DNA from: Curvularia clavata
Lineage: Eukaryota
NCBI GenBank assembly: GCA_023920165.1
Contig: CP089277.1
Span: forward strand, 3,534,001 to 3,598,000
Length of the DNA stretch: 64,000 nt
Reading direction: 5' to 3'
A model generated the notes under the pieces. The model was given only the letters and a program-made list of their open reading frames with translations. It was not told the origin of the DNA and made no database searches. Shown here piece by piece: positions 26,755 through 39,226 of the stretch. Each line of letters begins with the position of its first letter. Within the stretch, counting starts at the first letter, position 1. The position numbers and the translations under genes are program-made.

Positions 26755-27195
26755 CGTGAAATTGGCAAGGGAGAGAAGATACAGAGACTGGAAACAGATT
26801 GCACGAGCAGAAGAGGGGCAGATATGGTGCCGGCTGGACGGCGGATATTTCAATGGCGCCTGATCATGTGCAGGGCCACGGTCAATATGATGCAGACGGC
26901 GAGGACCCCTCGGTCCATCTCGCTGCGACGTGAGACGAGCGCGAGCGAGGGCAAGGCACAAGGCTGCATGGTTGGCAGAGGCTGGACAGGGCAGACGGGT
27001 GGTGGTTCACATCGGCATTGCACCGAACGCGCCCACCCGAGCAGACGACGCAGCCAATCACCGTCGGCAGCCCGACGCTGTACCGAGCCGGCCAACATCT
27101 GGGGAAGGGTCTGAGCGCATGGGCGGGGCTGACTTCGGTGCTCGCTCTGCCGAACTTTCGCGCACAGCTGCACGTCGACAGTCGCTTCATCCGCC

Positions 27196-29813
27196 ATGGA
27201 CGTCAATGCATCTCAGCAGCAGACTGCAAGCCCAAACGGCACCGCGAAGCTCTCGAACCATTCCCCCGAGCAGGCCCACGACTGGAGTGGCGACGACCGC
27301 TCCAGCGACGACGACCGCGCCGGCCAGAGCAGCGCGTCCAACAAGCGCAAACGGCCGCTCTCGGTGAGCTGCGAGACATGCAGTAAGTTGCGCGCCGCCA
27401 TCTTCCAAGTCGCCATCTGATGTCTTGTAGAGCAGCGCAAGGTCAAGTGCGATAGAGCGTCGCCAGCATGCTCCTGGTGCCTGAAGAACCACTCACCATG
27501 CGTGAGGATGCCCGTCCCCTGCGTCTTCACTGCATACTCAACTATGCATAGGTATATCTCCCGCGCAAGAAGCCAGGCCTCCGTGCTGGTTACGGGCGCG
27601 AACTTGAGGCACGACTGGGTAAGCTGCACTCTCTCCTAGCTCCGTCGCAAAGCAGCCGGCGTGTCCATATGGGCTACCTCCTGTTCATCCCTAGCTAACC
27701 ACCACATCCGGCAGATAAACTCGAGGCCCTCCTTGCGCAGCAGCAGTCGCAAATCAACCACCTCTCCAGTAATCAGGTCGCCACATCCGGCCCTTCGCCC
27801 CAGCAGGTGACCGCCTTTCGAAGCCCGCCCGTTGTCCAGACCCCCCATATACCACGCCCCGAGACGGCTCTCTTCATCCAGAAGCCCACATTCCCCTCGC
27901 AGAATGCAATTCACGCGCCGTACAGTAATGGCGTCACAGACAACCGCCCTCCGTCTTCTTCGGTCACAGCCCACAGCTATGCCCCTGAAGACATGACTAG
28001 CATTGGCGGCAGTCTCTCACGAGACCCCTACACACCGTACAGCGAACAGTTTCAGTCTACCATGGCACGGAACTTGGGTCAGACCGATGCAGACTTCCCT
28101 CCGTACGACCTGCTTTACGGGCTTGTGGACCTCTTCTTCAAACACATCAACACTTGGTGTCCGATTCTCCACCGCCAAAGCACCTTGAACTCGCTTTTTG
28201 GGGATACAACCCTCGAGGAAGCCGATCGCATCATTCTTCACTCGGTCGTCGCAACTACTGTCAAGTTCTCCACAGACCAGCGCCTCACACCCGAGAAGCG
28301 TGCCCGGTACCATAAGAACTCCAAGGATAAGGTCCTGCTCTACGGCATAGAAAACAGCTCGGTCAAGTCGCTGCAGGCCCTTGTCATCCTTGCACTCGAC
28401 GTCGTTGGCTGCTCCAACGGTCCGCCGGGATGGAATTTGCTTGCGCTTATAACTCGGTCCGTTGTCCAACTAGGCTTGTCGGTTGAAAGTTACTCACCGA
28501 GCGTCGCTCCTCAAATTGCCTCTATATACACCTTACGCGCCATGACACTGCCCGAGCCAAAGGATTGGATAGAAGAAGAGAGCCGGCGTAGACTCTTTTG
28601 GATGATCTATGTTCTCGATCGGTATGCAACTGTCGCAACCGCATTCGAATTTGCTCTAGACGACAAGGAGATCGATCGCCGGCTGCCGTGTCGAGACGAT
28701 TTGTATGCGCGCAATGTGCCCGTGGAGACGAGATGGTTCCACACTCCGACACGATCAGACTACAGTATGAATAGGCCTGAGAATTTGGGCTCTTTCTCGT
28801 ACTTGATCGAGATTCTGGGAATTCTCACAAGGATACACAAGTTCTTGAAGAAACCAGTAGACATTACGTCTTTGTCGGACGTGGAGTCGTGGCAGAGTGA
28901 ATACCGAGAGCTTGACAATGCTATCGAGCAGTGGAAATATAATCTTCCGCAAGAATATGGCAACTCGGCCAGACTGTTTGCAAAACCAGGGATGGGACAA
29001 ACCCTGGATCCTGGCTTGATAATGCTCCACGCAGCTTTTCATTTGTGAGTCTCACTTTAACGCTTGATCAGTGAATATGCTAACCGGCGCAGTACCGTCA
29101 TCCGCTTGCATTCATCCGCGGCGTATCCCACACACAGATCACCTATATTCACACCCTCCTTCAGCGCCAGTCAAAGGTGTCTTAGCGCCGTTGAAAACAT
29201 TACAGCTCTCTGCGCCACCGTACGCGACAATGCGCTGCTTAGCAAACTTGGTCCTCCCTTTGCATTCTCGCTCTGGGTTGCTGCCCGGGTTCTCCTCGTC
29301 CACGGATCTACCATTGATCACCGTGTCGATCAATCCATTAACATCCTCGTGAGCGCCCTTCGGGACATGGGCCAGTACTGGGAGGTCGGAACACGTTACG
29401 CAAACTTGCTGTCGCGTGTTCTATCAGAGTATCAAGAAAGCCAGCAAGCCCCGACTGGTGCCAATGGTGAACGTGTAACACCCTCTACTGTGAAGATCCT
29501 GGCAGACATGCGACGTTGTGCGTTCGACTTGGACTTTCTCATATCGCGACAGCCCAGGCTCTCTACTAACCAGAGCACAAAAATGCCATCCGTTACTCCG
29601 GCTCGCACTCCCGCACCAAACGAACTCGAGTACCTGGACGTATTTGATTTCTTTAACATGCCCAGACTCCCGGTTTCAATGGACGGAGTCATGAATTACC
29701 CTGCACCCGATGGCAACATGCAAATGCCGGACGGTACCTTTGGCAACGAGTCTAATATTACTAACTACATGGTTGATGCTAGCTCTGACTGGTTTATGAA
29801 GCAGACGGCGTAA
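27196..29813 (+). CDS. rhaR: Zn(II)2Cys6 transcription factor with fungal TF middle-homology domain, probable L-rhamnose regulator
   Basis: Spliced zinc cluster SCETCKQRKVKCDRASPACSWCLKNHSPC; LFFKHINTWCPILH; EEESRRRLFWMIYVLDR. It is divergently adjacent to L-rhamnonate dehydratase, as rhaR and lraC are in Aspergillus; the symbol rests on this synteny. Confidence 0.8.
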
Positions 29814-30503
29814 TGACTATTCAAAATGGATTCCTGGTGCATGTGCTTGTAACATACGGGTTAAGATGTAAATACGTAGTTTCCGGTCTTTTGACTTTGT
29901 TCTGTGTACGAGGCCAAACGAGATTCACTGAAAAAACCTTTTTTATGACTCTTCTAAAAAAAAAGAGTGTAATCAATGCTTGTTCAATTTCATACTTTGC
30001 TGTGAAGTACATGCGACGTCGGCGTAGATGTATGCCGGAATCGGAACGGCAATTCCGAACCTGTCTTTCCTGCTCATGCCATCAAGAAAAAAGGCCGAAG
30101 TATCTCGCTTGAGCGCCGTCTGCATAAGTTCATGAAGGTTCTACAGGCTCGATTAAGTAGCTGAACGGATTTTGGTGGGTAAACCATGCTCCTCCAACGT
30201 ATAGGGATTGTTGCTCATCTCTGAATGATATAGGAAGGGCCGTTTACCGTCGGAATAGACCCTTCGGCGTCGGGATAACGTTCTTAGGACCATTCCGATT
30301 GGCTTCGATCACAAGAAGGCTGAAGATGTAGATACTGAGTTCAGTTAGTTCATTGCCGGATAACTAGCTCTTCTTATTGGCCTTAGGCGCATTCGAGTAT
30401 TGTTATAAATACCCACTTACACCCAAGTACCACAGCTTCATTCTTCCATCATAAGATACCTCTATTCTTGACACAGCCCCATTGTTTCCGGGTTCAATTA
30501 TTC

Positions 30504-32054
30504 ATGATGGCAAAATCTCCAGAGAACCAACACATTCTCATCCTTGGCGCGGGTGTCATTGGCTTGACATCCGCCCTTGTCCTGGCGCATTCGTATCCCA
30601 GTGCCAAGATCACGGTCGTAGCAAAGCACTTGCCAGGCGACAGATCCATTGAGTACACTTCGCCATGGGCGGGAGCAAACTGGTCATCCATGGCCAACGA
30701 TAATGGGCTTTTGGAAAAATACGACGAGATTACTTTCCGTCGTTTCGGCGAGCTGATCGACGGAAAAAGCGTCTTCGGATGCAAGGCATCAAAGGCCGGC
30801 GAGACTAAGAACCAAGAAGGCGGTAATGCTGGCAACGAGATTGGCCTAGGAAGAATGGGCATGTGGGGTGTTTTCGACACATCGATTGAAGAGGCGGGTA
30901 TTCTGACCAAGGAAACGGGAAAGATATGGTATGATGAGCTTGTCGGGGGAATAAGAAAACTGGACGAGAAGAAATTACCAGCAGACGCGGTGTTTGGAAT
31001 AGAAGTTCCACAGACGTTCAGAATCAACACGCAGGTTTATCTGCAATGGTACGTCGTCCATCATCACAACCAACTGGTGGAAGAGTCAACAAAAGTCAAA
31101 GTATACTAAGCAAACTGCTCATTTCCTAGGCTCCAGCAACAAGCCCTATCCAAAGGCATCAACTTCGTCCGCCGGCAATATCCATCCCTGTCCTCTCTTC
31201 TGCACGATAACCCCTCAGCCACCCTCCTCATCAACTGCACTGGCATCGGTTCTCTGAACCTCTCCGACATCCGCGACACAAATCTGTACCCGAGTCGCGG
31301 CCAAACGCTGCTCGTTGCCGAGCCCCAGAAGCCCATTGAGAGAATGTACGAATTTGAACGTGTCAAGTATGAACATCTTGAATCGGTTTCTTTTTCCCTT
31401 CCTTCTACTCTTTCTTTTATAATAATACCGGGTTTCTTTGTTTCTTTCCTCTTCGTCCTATTTTCTAATAATAACATGCTACTGCGTATACACATGCTAA
31501 CGAATCACTCTCTCTCTTAAACAGGTACTTCCGGTCTCCACACCGCATCGACTCAACAGTATCTTACGTCTTTCCGCGTCCGCTAGGCGGCGGTGTAGTT
31601 CTTGGCGGAAGCCGCCAAGACAACGATTGGAGCCCTGAATGGGATGAAGCGCTGGGTCAGGATATCATCAAAAAGTGCTGCAAGCTGTGTCCGGAATTGG
31701 GAAAGCCCGAGGACCTGCAGGTTATTGCTAGGAATGTGGGGTTGAGACGTGAGTTTTCCTCTTCTCAAATTTTTCTTGTTGATTGAGATGTGCTTTGCTG
31801 ACTTGAGTTGTGTTTTTCCAAATACAGCGTCGAGGAAAGGCGGGGTTAGAATCGAGACAGAGACTGGGAAATGGAAGGTTCCTGTTGTGCATTGCTATGG
31901 GCATTCTGGAGCGGGATATCAGTCGTCTTGGTAAGTCTTTTCTTTCGTCAGCCCTCGCATATGCATAGCATCACTAACTTGTGAATTCAGGGGAACGGCC
32001 GAGCGCGTTCTGGAGCTTGCACAAAAGGCGCTCTCACCTAGTTCGAAGCTGTAA
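30504..32054 (+). CDS. D-amino-acid oxidase family FAD-dependent oxidoreductase, peroxisomal
   Basis: ILILGAGVIGLTSA (FAD), YTSPWAGANW, INCTGIG, PSRGQT, YVFPRP..LGG, NVGLRP..GGVRIE, VVHCYGHSGAGYQSSWGTA; C-terminus SSKL* (PTS1). Confidence 0.9.
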
Positions 32055-32123
32055 GTTTTTAAGTAGAATTCTAGTTATTTATAACCTCTTGAATCCGACT
32101 TAAAGTACCGTAACGGAATTTAA

Positions 32124-33019
32124 TCACATAGTCTCCTCTTTCCTGCCTTCATTCCGACTATTCCACTCCCGATCAAACACCTGCAAGCTTCTCTGTGCAG
32201 TCGGTACCACGTCTAGCGCCTTGATACTCACTCTATCCTTCTGCGTAAGCATAAATGCTGCAGCATCCGCTACATCTGGAGCGACCAGCGGTTCGAAGCC
32301 TGCCATGAATTCATTATAGCTCTTCTTCTCATACCCGACTCTATAGTAATTTCTTACGTTAGCTCACCTTTCCGACACCAGACTAGATACAAGGAAAAAA
32401 CTCAAACTCACCTCAACTGATGGAATTCCGTCGCCACGACCCCCGGTCTCAGCGCTAGCACCTTGATATCCGTCCCCACCAGCTCCGTCCTCAGCACATT
32501 CGTAAAAGCCTCCTGACACGCCTTGCTCGCATGGTACACAGCTTCACCAGGAAACGGCGGGACCTCGAGACCCGTCGTGCTTGTTACATTGAGAATCGTC
32601 CCCCTTTTTCGCTCCTTCATCTTTCCCTCGTTGAGAACTGCGTACGTAGCGAACATGTACCCGTTGATATTCGTATTTGTCATGGTGATGATATCCTGAA
32701 TTTTGAGATCTGGAAAGGTAGAAGGGGCGCCGATAGCGAGACCAGCATTGTTGACTAGAATGTCGATGTGGGAGATCTGCTTTGTGATGTTCGCGACTGC
32801 TGTGCTGAGAGCGGCGTGGTCTTGGATGTCGACGGGGATGGTGAAGACAGTGAGGCCGGGATGGGTTTCTTGGAGTGAGGTGGAGAGTGCAGTTAGTTTG
32901 TCGGCGGAGCGGGAGAGCAGGATGAGGCTTGCAGATTCTTGGGCTAGACGGCGGGCGATGGCTTCACCTATGCCCATTGAGGCGCCGGTGATGAGGACGG
33001 TTTGGCCTTTGAGAGACAT
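32124..33019 (-). CDS. Short-chain dehydrogenase/reductase, YdfG/YMR226C-like 3-hydroxy-acid dehydrogenase
   Basis: VLITGASMGIG, DILVNNAGL, YHASK catalytic motif, LRPGVVATEFH; one intron ~32343-32411. Confidence 0.85.
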
Positions 33020-33202
33020 AGTGTGTACGGAGAGGGGGTGTGAGGACGGGTATGCGGGATGGGATGCTGTCAATGGGAAAAGAAATCATGTGCGCTCCAA
33101 GGGGGATGCTCGATTTCGAGATATGTTTGCACGTATGCTTACAAATGCTACGAGCGGGACTATACACTAGAAATGACGTCATTACGCCTGAATGGGTATC
33201 TA

Positions 33203-34560
33203 CAGTACTAGCTCAAAAGTCTGTTCCCCTGAGCACGGGCCTACCCCACCATCCCAATTCCCATAGAGTAGTCTCTTCTTTAACACCAAACAACTCCATC
33301 CAAATAAGATCTTTTTACACTGAGATTTCGCGTAATCAAATACCAGGTAGTAAATTATTAGAAGCGCAACGCATATATATCTTAGCACAAGCGGAGGCTG
33401 GATACAGAATGATAGAAATTGCGGCGCGTCTGAGCTGCTCGCGACGCGCAGTATCCAACGTTATCCACTAATAGAAAACTAAAGGCACCTACACAAAGCG
33501 CGATCGGATAGGCCGCCCACCTAAATTAACTAGTAGAGATTATTGTTAGCTACTTTAAGTCGTTAAACGAAATCCTAGAATTGAATATAGCGCTCTATAT
33601 CGCGAGGCTAATTTATAAGATAGTAATACTAGCCGCTCTACTATCTCTCGAGCTACAATTCAATAAGTACTTACTTAAATAGATTACCATAAGTTCAGAG
33701 CAAAGCGTAGACCATTTATTACTAAAATTGCAGCTAAAAAACGTCTACTTTTTGCGCAGCGTTGGCGTAATTTTACGTAAAATAGGCAGACTATTTTAAA
33801 GTTTTCAGACGAGTGTAGTATCGCCCGCGGATCTAGCTATAACGCTACTTAGGTATGGCGATTACTAAAATAAAAATAGTCTTATAAGATAATAGAAGCT
33901 GTCTCTACTAGCTAGCAACCCGCTCGTATGGTGTGGGCTGCAATTTGGATAGATTCTAATAGTGTTGTAGGCCGTAGCCTTCTAGTAATTATAAAACGAG
34001 ACTTATCACAGCGTCGAGCTAGATATACGGCATGGAGCTACTTAAAAGCACTTAAAGAAAGGCTACTACTAAACTATAGAGCTAGCGAGCTATTTATATA
34101 GGATAACGCGCGTATCTACACTACTCGAATCTTGTAATAGTGGTTAAGAATTCATAGGATAGAAACGATCGACTGACCACCATATTCTCTAGATCTTAAC
34201 CCTATCGAGCACCTCTAGTAGGTACTTAAAAAGAAACTTCATAAGCTTTATCCTGAGTTTAACTATACAAATAATATAAATATTAAGTAGGAGCAGTTTG
34301 AAAATGGGTTGCGCGAGGCGTAGTTAGCCATACCTAATTCTTTAATTACAAAGCTAATTTTAAGTATGCCGCGCCGCCTCGCCGCTATCCATAAAGTAAA
34401 AGAATACTAAATAAAATACTAAAATCTTTAGCTACAGTTTAGTTATTTCAAAATTATTTTTAGACTTAGTTTGGTGGAGTTACACAGCGTTGAAATTGTA
34501 GGAAAAAAGTGGTGATAGTGGCCCGAGCGCTTAGCGGCACAGACTTTTGGAGTGTGACTG
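33203..34560 (+). mobile_element. Tc1/mariner (impala-like, DD34E) DNA transposon, full length (~1.36 kb), inactivated by RIP
   Basis: TA at both flanks (33201-2, 34561-2). Imperfect TIRs: left CAGTACTAGCTCAAAAGTCTGTTCCCCTGAGCAC, right (reverse complement) CAGTCACACTCCAAAAGTCTGTGCCGCTAAGCGC. Transposase remnants include an HTH region, GRPPKL, FSDECSI, MVWAAI and DNARI-(34 aa D to E)-*PPYSLDLNPIEHL*, with many TAA/TAG stops. Confidence 0.93.
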
Positions 34561-34815
34561 TATATCGAACTGACCGTCGTTGTGGTAGACATAATCGCGA
34601 ATGAGATACGAAGTTAAACAATCAACTGGTAGGGTCAGTTCCCATGCCCAAAGTGAAGAGGTTGGGTATCGATTTACTTTTGACAACACCATCATAGCAT
34701 TGTCTAACCATCGGACATGCTGACATTAGGACCTGGGCTGAGGCACCCTCTATTGAAAATCTAGTGTAGCTGTGGAGGTGGCCGCGAGTGCTTGTAACTC
34801 CTGAGCGTAATACTT

Positions 34816-35706
34816 TCAACCTTCCCACCTCTGTGCCTCCTTGTTGTAGCCTATCAGCTGGAGGTCAATGTTGAGCGTCTTGAGCATCATATCCATAGTA
34901 AACGACTAGCGTCAGTTAGCGGACTGTTCAATGCTGCTGATTGTGATTATGTCGCTCACGTCATTCGTGCTCTTGAATGTCTCTTTCTCCTCTTCTAACC
35001 CCTCATTTTCCCCGTCCAGCTCAGCATACTGGTCGTAGGCATCCTCCGAGACCTCTCCATTTTCCTTAGCCTCCTGGAATCTTTCGCGCTCAGCTTCAAT
35101 CTCCTCTCGGTCCCATCTCATCTGCCGTTGCTTAGCCTCTTTTTCGCGTTCCTGCCAAGCGCCTACCCCGCCCAACCTGTTGACCCGGTCCCTAGTGACG
35201 CCAAAAAGCTCTTCGGCTGCTGCACGACTTGCCGTGCGCCATTTATCTATCAATGCGACAAGGTCATCGTCCTTTGTAGACGTAGCGAGTGTTTGTGCCT
35301 GTGTGAGCATCTGTATTTCATTGCGCAGCTGCATTATCTCGCATGCGACCGAGGGTTTGGAAAATTTGTTTCTGGATCCTAGTCGCAAAGGTGTGGAGGG
35401 CTTTGAAAGCGATATGGGGGGTTTCGATACCTTTGATGTCGAAGATCCTGGCGTTGATGTGACTGTTGCAGAGCACGTGGAAATGGTTGGCTGCCCCCCA
35501 TTGCTAACGGATGCAGTTGATTTAGCTGGAATGGTGGTCGGTTCTAATGTTTCCTTGGTGGGTACAAGTATTTCAGGCGGGTCTGAAGATGGCGGATCGT
35601 CGCCGATGCTAGGCTTCAATGGTGTGCGAAAAGGAGACTTGAATGGTTTATGGAGCGTTTTGGCAGCTTCGTTTAACCGGCGGCGTTTCGATTGCGGGTC
35701 CGACAT
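34816..35706 (-). CDS. SFR1: Sfr1/Mei5 (Swi5-Sfr1 / Sae3-Mei5 recombinase mediator subunit)
   Basis: SKRRRL..LHKPFKSPFRTP; coiled coil; LVALIDKWRTASRAAAEELF..RVNRLGG; last exon SFTMDMMLKTLNIDLQLIGY..W. These match the Mei5/Sfr1 family as I recall it. Confidence 0.82.
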
Positions 35707-36383
35707 CTTCGCAATTGAATAACCATTTGTATTGCCAATGGTGTTCGCTGCCGCAACATGAGTATTAGTGGAGTAGAGCGATGTCATCAATCGATTGTCG
35801 TGTCGCATTTCTTGGCAGACGCGCTTTCGCGCTGTCACGTGGGATGCACAAAAACAGAAAATATAAGATGGATGAGAAGATGGTTGTTTGCGTATATCTT
35901 GAAGGAGCGAAGTCGGACTTTCATTACAAAAAAAAACCCCCCAAGAGCTGAGACGTCCATTGAGCCTACCACAAGGGTGTTGACCAGATTCAAACCTGAA
36001 ATAACGACACTAATATTTGTACTCACTATACTCATCGGGGTCTATAACTTGCGCAAGCTAGATTATTATTGAACAATATGCGAAGATAGACTGTGGTGAT
36101 ACAATTCTTGATCTAAGGAGCAAGTATTTGGTTTAGTGATAAACTAGCACGAATGGGTAGAGATGAAAGAAGAATATATCAGAAAGTATGGTTGCACTAA
36201 GCCTTTTTTGGTAGAATCGTGTTAAAAACTTGGATTTTGGTTCTGGAAAATGGTCTCAAAATAGCTCAGAAGGATGATACAACTCTCACTCGGTTCGAAA
36301 CAATAGGCAATGAATCAGGAATGACCAGAAAAGTACAGTGTATCGAGGCAAAAAAGTGCATCGCCCCATAGTTAAAGACACTC

Positions 36384-36860
36384 CTAATCTCGGGCAGGGT
36401 CATATGGTAGCCTTCGTGGTGATTCGCTGGCAGTAAGCATTGTGTTGGCGGCAGCATCCGGTATACTGCCCCGTACACGCGAGGGCTTGTTCTTGTCTAA
36501 AACGATGTCAGTCGCTAATAGACAAGGTGCGAGTACATCCCTACTATCTTCAATTCCGAGATTAGTAAGAGCGCGATTCATGCGCCAACGGAATTCGGAG
36601 TCAGTAACATCACTGTATCCTTGCTCACCCAGACGCTCGTTCGTTTGTTGGAGGCAAACATCCATCATCGCATCGTTTACTTAGCTTATATACGCAATAT
36701 CGTCTCTCCACAACCTCTTCGCTATATCAGATGTGATTTTCTTCTCATCGTCAGGCCTTTTCAATAGATCAAGAATGCATACATGAACTTACAAGGTACA
36801 CATCCCATCCTGTTGGTGTAAGCCCTGTACTTTCACGCACTTCTCTGGCAGAAGCATCAT
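36384..36860 (-). pseudogene. Possible decayed hypothetical-protein gene
   Basis: Protein-like frame (..KRLWRDDIAYIS*VNDAMMDVCLQQTNERL..EFRWRMNRAL..) with an in-frame TAA at 36681-36683 and an implausibly short 36-nt GTAAGT..AAG intron; no family recognised. Confidence 0.3.
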
Positions 36861-37475
36861 ATGATATCGGAACTCGTTTCATTGGGTCGATTGGTGTGCG
36901 CGTTGATGTCGTTGAGACCCCGCATAGTTGCGCCCCTAGATTGAGCCAGAGTCACTTGCATGTTAACCGAGCCACGGCATATGAACTTTACTAAACGCAG
37001 TATCCGCTTAGCCCCAAATATGTCTCGGCCTAGAATAACTCAACATCACGAGTAGTTTCGTGTATGATAGTACCTCGCACCAATACCAAATAACAGGCAT
37101 GTCTGGATAGTAACGCACATTGCACTGTCCTACACCAACGAACCCTATGACGGCACCTCGGTATTCGCGTGCCAAGGACTCAAATGGGGCTTCATTTACA
37201 TAGCAAACAACTAGTTCGTCTCAAGATATGTTTCCATCTCTTCTAGGAACAATACTCTTAGTAAAACGATCTAGCTACTTTACAAGCTCAGCGCAACGCA
37301 GGGCATGAATACTATGCGTGGTTTCTTATAATTTCAAGCTTTAGGTATCAATTGACTGAGATGTTGATGGGAGTAAGAGTAAGTCCGACGTAAGTCTCTT
37401 CTAATAAGCGTATATTGAATAACTTGAGTCAACCGAAGATCTAATGCAATGGCTGCTGAGTGTCTTCTTCGTGTT

Positions 37476-39226
37476 TCACGCCTTGTCTCCAGCAACTATT
37501 TCGAACCCGTGTAGCACTTCTATGTTGGCACGACATTTTGTCTCATAATGTTTGATGCCGGCAACGTAGGCTATGATCTCCTTCTTTTTGCCTGGAACGT
37601 CAGCACCATTCCACCAGCTGTCGGTATAAGGGAATAGAGTCCCTTCAACTAGTGCGTTCAGATGCGTCCTCCATTCAATCTCAGCGTCTCTTGTTGCCTC
37701 GATCGATTTGGCACCAGCTTGTTCTACCTTTGTGATGATATCCATAACCAGTTCCACTTGAGTCTCAATGATGGGAATGGCATTTGTGAATGGAGTTGGA
37801 GCTTGGGGAGAGTATGGAATAAACATATTGGGGAACCCTGAAACAGTGATACCCATGTACGTTTTTATTCCATCGGCCCAGACATCCTTCAGATCGACTC
37901 CATCCTTACTCTTAACTCCGACACGAGTGATGGAACCTGTAATTGAATCGAAACCCGTCGCTAATACCACGGCGTCAAGCTCGTATTCAGTCCCATCAGA
38001 CATGACTACGCCCTTCTTCGTGAAAGATTGCAAAGGCGACTTGCTGAGATCGTGAATGTGCACGTTGCTTTGATTGAGAACGTCGTAATAATCCTGTTCA
38101 AGGGCCATTCTTTTGGTGAGGAAATAGTATGGCTTTTGCTCTGGTGCCATGATTGCGAATTTTGCAGGATCCGTCAGGCGTGGTGCGACCTTGTTTCTCC
38201 AGTATTGATACGTAGCTTCATTTGCCTCTTTGCTACGAAAGAGGTCTTTGTAGGCCAGCATTCCATAAGAAAAACCACCTTGGTCCCACGTATAGGACCA
38301 GTGACGTTCTCTTTCCTTAGGGGATACATCATTCAGAGATTTATCATTGGCTGTGACCGGAAAGCCGGCATGTGACTCTCGGGCGGCTTTTAGCAGGACG
38401 GGATAAAAACGCTTCATTACGTGCTGCTCTTGTACACTCAAAGGGCGTTGACCCAAGGCGCAGCAGTAACTTGGGCGGCGCACGAAGACCGTGAGTTCCT
38501 CTGCGATCTTGCCGAGCGACTCTGTGAGTTGTACTCCAGTTGATCCTGCGCCAATCACTCCAATCTTCTTACCCTTGGCGCTAAAATCTTCACGCCATGC
38601 GGTTGAATGGAAAACCTCGCCCTGATACTCGTTTAGACCTGGAAATTCGGGAACATTGGCCCGGTGGAGTAGACCTGCACCCAGAATCAAGTACCTTGCA
38701 GATGCAATATGGCCTTGTTGAGTTTTGACGTTCCAACGATTTTTGGATTGGTCCCAGCAAGCGTCATTGACTCGAGCATTGAAATAAGTATCTCGTCTCA
38801 AGTCGAGTACCTTATCGACATGAGCAATATACTTTCGTAGCTCTTCGTGTCCTGGAAAGCGCTCCGAGAATGTCCAATCCCGATATACTTCGGGTATATT
38901 GAGTTGATAGAAGGGCACCTCGCTGTCTACACGAGCGCCAGGATATCTTCGGTATTGTTAGTTTTGTCTAAACTTATCCTAGAGGGAAAAGACTCATACC
39001 TATGAAAATTCCATACTCCTCCAAAATCACTGCTTGCTTCCATACATTTCACGGTTAATCCTGCCTTTCTGAGGCGATGGATAGCCGTGATACCCGAAAA
39101 GCCCGCTCCAACAACCAGAGCGTCGACTTCAATGGAAGGAGTGTGCCCGTTGGGTTGGCCAGAGTCATGCGCTCCTTTCCCAAGCACATCTCCTTTAGTT
39201 ACTGGAATAGTTTCGTGTGCAGCCAT
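37476..39226 (-). CDS. Type I Baeyer-Villiger monooxygenase (FAD/NADPH, cyclopentanone/cyclohexanone monooxygenase-like)
   Basis: VVGAGFSG; GGVWNFHRYPGARVD (BVMO fingerprint, across intron ~38948-38999); YQGEVFHSTAW (FxGxxxHxxxW); IGAGSTG; TKR with catalytic Arg; LATGFD; SWWNGA. Confidence 0.93.

Noticed and set aside
25873..27114. 413 aa plus-strand ORF
   Set aside because: Antisense shadow of the codon-biased lraC gene running into a GC-rich promoter; no recognisable motifs.
32124..33019. SDR as L-rhamnose 1-dehydrogenase (lraA) completing the rhamnose cluster
   Set aside because: Motifs (TGASMGIG, NNAGL, YHASK, PGVVATEF) fit the YdfG/YMR226C group better, and an unrelated DAO gene intervenes; not excluded without a phylogeny.
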